Below are positions 54,403 to 64,000 of a DNA stretch of 64,000 bases, piece by piece. Source of the stretch: Eledone cirrhosa (lineage: Eukaryota); assembly GCA_964016885.1 (NCBI GenBank), contig OZ024740.1, forward strand, positions 185,442,001 to 185,506,000, read 5' to 3'. How positions within the stretch are numbered: the stretch's first letter is position 1; each line of letters begins with the position of its first letter. The notes under the pieces were generated by a model. It did not search any database, was not told where the DNA came from, and was given only the letters and a program-made list of their open reading frames with translations. The translations under genes and the position numbers were made by a program.

Positions 54403-55231
54403 TATCGTTACGTTAGAGATGAACAGCGTACGTGCAGGTTTACTCAACGAGTATAAATTATATTCCGGAGAAAATGTAGAAAGGATGAATATATTTTGTA
54501 TTATGAAATCCAAAAACATTTTATTAAATAACAGAATAGAGCGATCGTTATACTGTAACCATCACTTAAAATCTACATTTTCATATTATAAATACTACCA
54601 GGATTGAACGCCTGTCTCTATCTCCGTTTGATTGTCAAAATAGATATTAACATTCTTTATTAGTCTTAATTCTATCAACTCTTCTATTATTTATCTTTTA
54701 ATATAAACTGCTATAGATAAAATGAGATTTCTGATTTCTTGATTCAATTCCCTAATGCTGGCTACTAAGATTGATGTTATTCAGTAGCAATCGAAATCTC
54801 CCCCTTCCCCAATTGATACTACTACACCAAATGACCAGCCCTGTCCACTGTCCAATTGGTGAAGTAGAGATTAAAATTGGCACTCCCCAAAATTCATATA
54901 TAGATAACATGAACCATTTACTCATGGTATTCTCATTAGAAACCCATTATATATTTGTTTAGCAGTAAATTGATTTACCAACTGTCATATACTATCCCCT
55001 CTTTTTCTTCCTCTATTACTAATATAAATACTTCAATTTTTCTGATTTTATCCAATTTGTCCAAAATCTCTGAAGAAGTGACAACTGATTATACATTTGC
55101 TATCGAATACTTGCTAACATTATATGATTACGCAAGCAGCGATACATAGGTATTCCGTCTGTTACAGAAACATATGTCAATACCTAATAAATTCCTTTTT
55201 AAAAAAAGCACTTTCATTTTATATTCATCCT

Positions 55232-55301
<70 letters not shown>

Positions 55302-55509
55302 GCATGTATATGTATGTGTGTATATATATATATATGTATATATATATGGAGGAGGTTATAGTTCACTTGAAGCATTGTGTAATGAGATATAAACGTTTGA
55401 ATATGTATAATAAAGCCAAAACAATGCAGGTATGGACATAGAAAAAAGAATGCAATTGCAAAAGATATTGTTGACAATTCGTCTTTTACCTTAGATTGAT
55501 TTTAAACGT

Positions 55510-55544
55510 CCTTAATTTTCGAGATAATATCTCTTCTTCAGAGG
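55510..55544 (-). ncRNA. Minimal hammerhead motif (left arm)
   Basis: Reverse complement of 55631-55665. Confidence 0.75.
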
Positions 55545-55630
55545 GAAATAAATGTTTCAAACCAGCGTTCTAAATATCTTCGTAATGGCTTGGCAAGATA
55601 TTTAGAACGCTGGTTTGAGACCTTTATTTC

Positions 55631-55665
55631 CCTCTGAAGAAGAGATATTATCTCGAAAATTAAGG
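55631..55665 (+). ncRNA. Minimal 35-nt hammerhead motif (right arm)
   Basis: ccu CUGAAGA a-gagau-auu-aucuc GAAA au UA agg; stem III is reduced to the palindrome AAUU. Confidence 0.75.
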
Positions 55666-55785
55666 ACGTTTAAAATAAATCTGAGGTAAAAAACGAATTG
55701 TCAACAATATCTTTTGCAATTGCATTCTTTTTTCTATGTACATACCTGCATTGTTTTGGCTTTATTATACATATTCAAACGTGTA

Positions 55786-56445
<660 letters not shown>

Positions 56446-56447
56446 AT

Positions 56448-57628
56448 TAGACCCTTATCGAACTGGACATGAAAGGAATTTGCCTATTATACAGGACCAA
56501 ATCATGAAATAGCTTAGATAGGGCTAGACATAAGATAGCGAAAGCCACCTCATGCTACGACAACCAGAGATACCAGAGCGTCATGTTCGTGGACGTTACC
56601 CCTGGAGGGAATTAGCTAACTAGTGTAGAAAGGCCCTGAGAAAGACCCACTTAAAGATTAAGGTGGTAGAATAGCCAGGGACCACCATAACATCCCTGAT
56701 CAGCAAAACCTACTCTTTTAAGAAAACCGACTGTACTAATAGGAAATGTATCATATGTAAAGTAAACCCCCGGATAAACTGTATAACTAGAAACGTAGTC
56801 TATAGCATACGATGTACAGACGGTACTTGCAGAAACATGACAACAACGTACATAGGTGAGACAGCTCGTAGCATATGTGAAAGGATAGAACAACACTGGG
56901 GGGAACAAAAGGAGGGAAAAACGGTTCTGTACTATACAAATATGCCAGACAAAAACATAACGGTAACATAGACAACATAGAAGTTAGAATAATATCTAAA
57001 CATAGAAATGACCGAGCAGAGAGGCAAATCAGAGAGGCCAGCGAAATAGAACTCAGAAGGCCAAGGCTAAATAGAAAAAATGAATGGAATAACAACAACA
57101 CCACAAAAAACAACACTGACCTAAGAAAAGTATAAATAACTAAATAAATAAATACATTACAGACATAATAACAACAAATACATATAAACACACACTAGTA
57201 AACTAAGATAGAATACATTAACCAATACACAGTCACCCAAACATGAACACACATCAAACAAAACACGATACACACACGCAAACGCATGCGCAGAGAAGAC
57301 AACAACATAAACAAATATATAAATAAATAAACAGACTAAATAAAGATGCCGTACGTATACAATAAAAAGGGAGGAAACATAATTGCACCACTGACGATGT
57401 TGCAGATGTGCAACGAAAGAACTTTGATAGACTATATATATGTGTCTGTGTCTATATTGTATCTGTATTTTTGAACGTTGGTCAGTCAGTGGTAACATTG
57501 AGGACCGAATAAATTAAATTAACAGATATAAAAGTTACAGAAGCGAAAACCAACCAAACAGTGAGTGTGTTCTGTTATTAATTCTGGCAATATTATTACA
57601 CAAATATGACCCTCCCCAAGTATAACAA

Positions 57629-57630
<2 letters not shown>
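56448..57630 (+). mobile_element. 5'-truncated second copy of the 30.9-34.9 kb PLE family (GIY-YIG, pLTR, hammerhead motif at 57387-57428)
   Basis: Colinear with 33713-34873: MFVDVTPGG.LAN, NVVYSIRC, YIGETARS; pLTR has CUGACGA-uguugcagaugugcaac-GAAA. Confidence 0.93.
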
Positions 57631-57660
<30 letters not shown>

Positions 57661-57752
57661 ACAACTAGAAATTGATTAACATATAAATAAACATAAAATT
57701 CATTTTGATTTATCTTAATTTTGGATATATATATAGCAAACTTCAATACTCT

Positions 57753-61345
<3,593 letters not shown>

Positions 61346-61351
61346 AATTAT

Positions 61352-61491
61352 AATAATAATAATTGTTTCTACTTTAGGCACAAGGCCAGCAATTACCCAG
61401 TGCATTACTGGTACTTTATTCTATCGACCCCGTAAGGTTGAAAGGCAAAGTCAACCTCGGCGGGATTTGAACTCAGATCGTAAAGGGACGT
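61352..61491 (-). mobile_element. 5'-truncated tRNA-derived SINE inside a (TAA)n tract
   Basis: ttgtttctactttaggcacaaggccagc...aaaggcaaagtcaacctcggcgggatttgaactcag. Confidence 0.9.
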
Positions 61492-61511
61492 AATAATAAT
61501 ATTAATAATAA

Positions 61512-64000
61512 TAAAAAAGAATATACAGTATAAAATCAACAAGTGACATAGACATGCTGATAGATATAATCAAGCAAAAAGTGTCTGGCGAAGCTGCTCG
61601 TATAAGGCGCTTTGAAAAACGATCTAGATTCTATAAGGACAATAATATGTTCAAAAACAACCAAAGAAACATCTACAGAAAAATTGGCAAGTCAACAATA
61701 ACTGCTAAACCAATACCACCCAAGGAGGAAGTGCAAGAATTCTGGGAAAAGATCTGGGCCGGAGAAAAAGTTCATAATATACATGCCCCATGGATAGACA
61801 GACAAATGAAAGATACAGCTGACCTTGAGGAACAAACATGGACAAATATAACAGTTGAACAGTTGCATTTGGCTCTTAGAAAAACCAGCAAATGGAAATC
61901 CCAGGAAAAGACAAAATACTAAATTTTTGGATAAATGCCTTCACAGAGTCTCATGAGCTGTTAGCCCAACTTTCAATGAAATAGTTAAGGAGCCAGAAAA
62001 GATGCCATCATGGCTAGTTAACGGCACTACATTCCTACTTCCGAAGAATGATGAGACAAACAATCCCAAAAAGTACAGACCGATAACTTGCTTGACAACA
62101 ATGTATACAATTTTAACATCAGTCCTAACTGAATATACATATGATCACCTCATAACAAATGATCTATTTCCCAATAAGCAGAAAGAGTGTAAACGAGGCC
62201 CATGTGGCGGTAAAGATCAGCTTTTGTTTAACAAAATGATACTGAAAGACTGTCATAATAGACACAACACTCTATTAATGCTTGGATAGATTACAAGAAA
62301 GCATTCGATAGTTTGCCACACAGTTGGATTGAAAAATGTTTAGAGATTTTCAAAATATCTCCCGTTGTCAGGAGGTTCTTGTCATTCACTATGAAGACAT
62401 GGAAAACGACACTCCTTTTGAATAGTGAAAGAAAATCACTGGAAGCTGGAGAAGTTAATATTAATTGTGGAATTTTTCAGGGTGAATCTTTATCACCGCT
62501 TTTATTCTGCATCGCACTTATACCATTAAGTAATATGCTCAATGAAACAAAACATGGATATAAAGTCTATGACAAAACCATTAATCACTTGTTCTACATG
62601 GATGACCTGAAACTATTTGCAAAAAATGATGAACAATTGCAAGGCCTATTATCCACTGTGAAGCAGTTCAGTAATGACATTAAAATGTAGTTTAGACTAC
62701 ACAAATACGCCAAAGCCACGTTCACCAGAATAAAGCTGCTGAAAGATTCAGACATTAATCTTGATCAGTGGAATGTGATAATAGAACTTGATTAAGAGGA
62801 AACTTACAAAAATATCTAGGTGTTTGTGAAGGAGACAGAATGAACCACTCGACAATGAGGGAAAGGATAAGGAAGAAATGTTACCGCGGAGTAAGAGCAA
62901 TATTAAGAACGGAATTGAATGCAAGGAATAGGATCGATGCCATAAACACGCTTGCCATACCAGTAGTAACCTACAGTTACAATGACATCAACTGGTCAAG
63001 CATAGAAATCCGTAGGCTCGATACAAAATTTTGAAAAAGTTTAAGCATGCACAGAATGCTTCACCCTAAGGCAGATACAAATAGAATATATCTCCCTATG
63101 AAAGAAGGAGGACGTGGATTAATCCAGTTATATATTGCTTTGAAAACTGCAAGAATTGGATTATCTACGTATCTCAGGTAATCACATGATTGGATGATCA
63201 AACTCGTTTTGAATCATGAAAGCATCCAAAGATCATACTCCATTACAAAAGATGCACAAAGCTACATTAATGAACTATAAATTTCAGAAGTTCCATTTAC
63301 TGCTGAAATGAAAAACACAGAAAAAGCAAAGCAGGTAAAAGTAACTACAAATAAAGAACTGCAACAGAAACTGGTTAAAAAATGGCAAGAAAAGCTTCTT
63401 TTAAAAAATCCACTATGCCGTGTATGTAAAAAACAACCAGAGACCATTGATCATATAATTTCAATGTGCAGTCCTATAGCACCAACTTAATACCTAAACA
63501 GATACGACAGAGCTGCACAATACATATATTGGATAATGTGTATGCATTTTGACCCACCCCATCAAAAGAATTGGTGGGAACATCAACCACCTCCCGTACT
63601 TGAAAAAAGATCACATATCAATATTGTGGAACTTTAGCATCCAAACAGACCAAAAAATAGATGCTAATAGACCTGATATATTACTGACAGACTTTAAAAA
63701 GAGGGTATGCCTGCTAATTGATATGTTCGTCCCAATAGACAAAAATGTATCTATAAAAACATTTAAAAAGTTCAACAAGTATAAAGACCTGGAGATAGAA
63801 ATTGGAAAAATGTGGAAGTTGACAATTAAAACAATACCAGTGGTTGTAGGCGCTCTAGGAATGAAAACTAAGGGGTCTAATGATTACTTATCGCAAATCG
63901 CAGGAAACCTGCTGATAGAAGAAATACATAAGATAGTACTAATGTGGAAATTGAGAACTAAAACAATACCAGGCGCTCTAGGAATGATACCTAAGGGGTC
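61512..64000 (+). mobile_element. Second, distinct R4/Dong-type non-LTR retrotransposon, degenerate and running off the window
   Basis: FWEKIW, KWKS, LLPK..NPKKYRPITCL, KDQLL, DYKKAFDS.PH, GIFQGESLSPLLF, NHLFYMDDLKL, GGRGL, CRVCKKQPETIDHIISMC, NRPDI, VVVGALG. Confidence 0.93.

Larger units (their letters stand above)
55348..55785. mobile_element. Fold-back pLTR unit (~190-bp arms, 13-nt loop) with a left-hand ~40-bp tail
   Basis: About 55390-55580 is the reverse complement of 55595-55783; flanked by (TA)n. Confidence 0.9.

Overview
AT-rich eukaryotic DNA, intronic or intergenic, with many microsatellites. The SINE families point to an octopod cephalopod (inference). No host protein-coding gene can be assembled; the only exon-like signal is a 60-nt candidate at 20040-20099 that begins with a recursive-splice-type AG|GTAAGA junction. 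Nearly all long ORFs in the track are (TA)n/(CA)n translation artefacts. The real content is decayed mobile DNA: Penelope-like elements (PLEs, RT plus GIY-YIG) of at least three ORF types, two R4/Dong-type RLE LINEs, a CR1-type LINE, RTE and CRE fragments, tRNA-derived SINEs, two probable non-autonomous Helitrons and a tiny Tc1/mariner-like MITE. The most notable hidden structure is about 18 minimal type-I hammerhead ribozyme motifs (CUGANGA, stem II, GAAA, tiny often palindromic stem III, UH), several with non-canonical cores. They lie in PLE pseudo-LTRs and in ORF-less 0.2-0.8 kb fold-back units inserted into (TA)n, many with a one-sided tail and some with NRF1/YY1-like motifs upstream of the ribozyme. 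All calls were made by eye; element boundaries are approximate to tens of bases.
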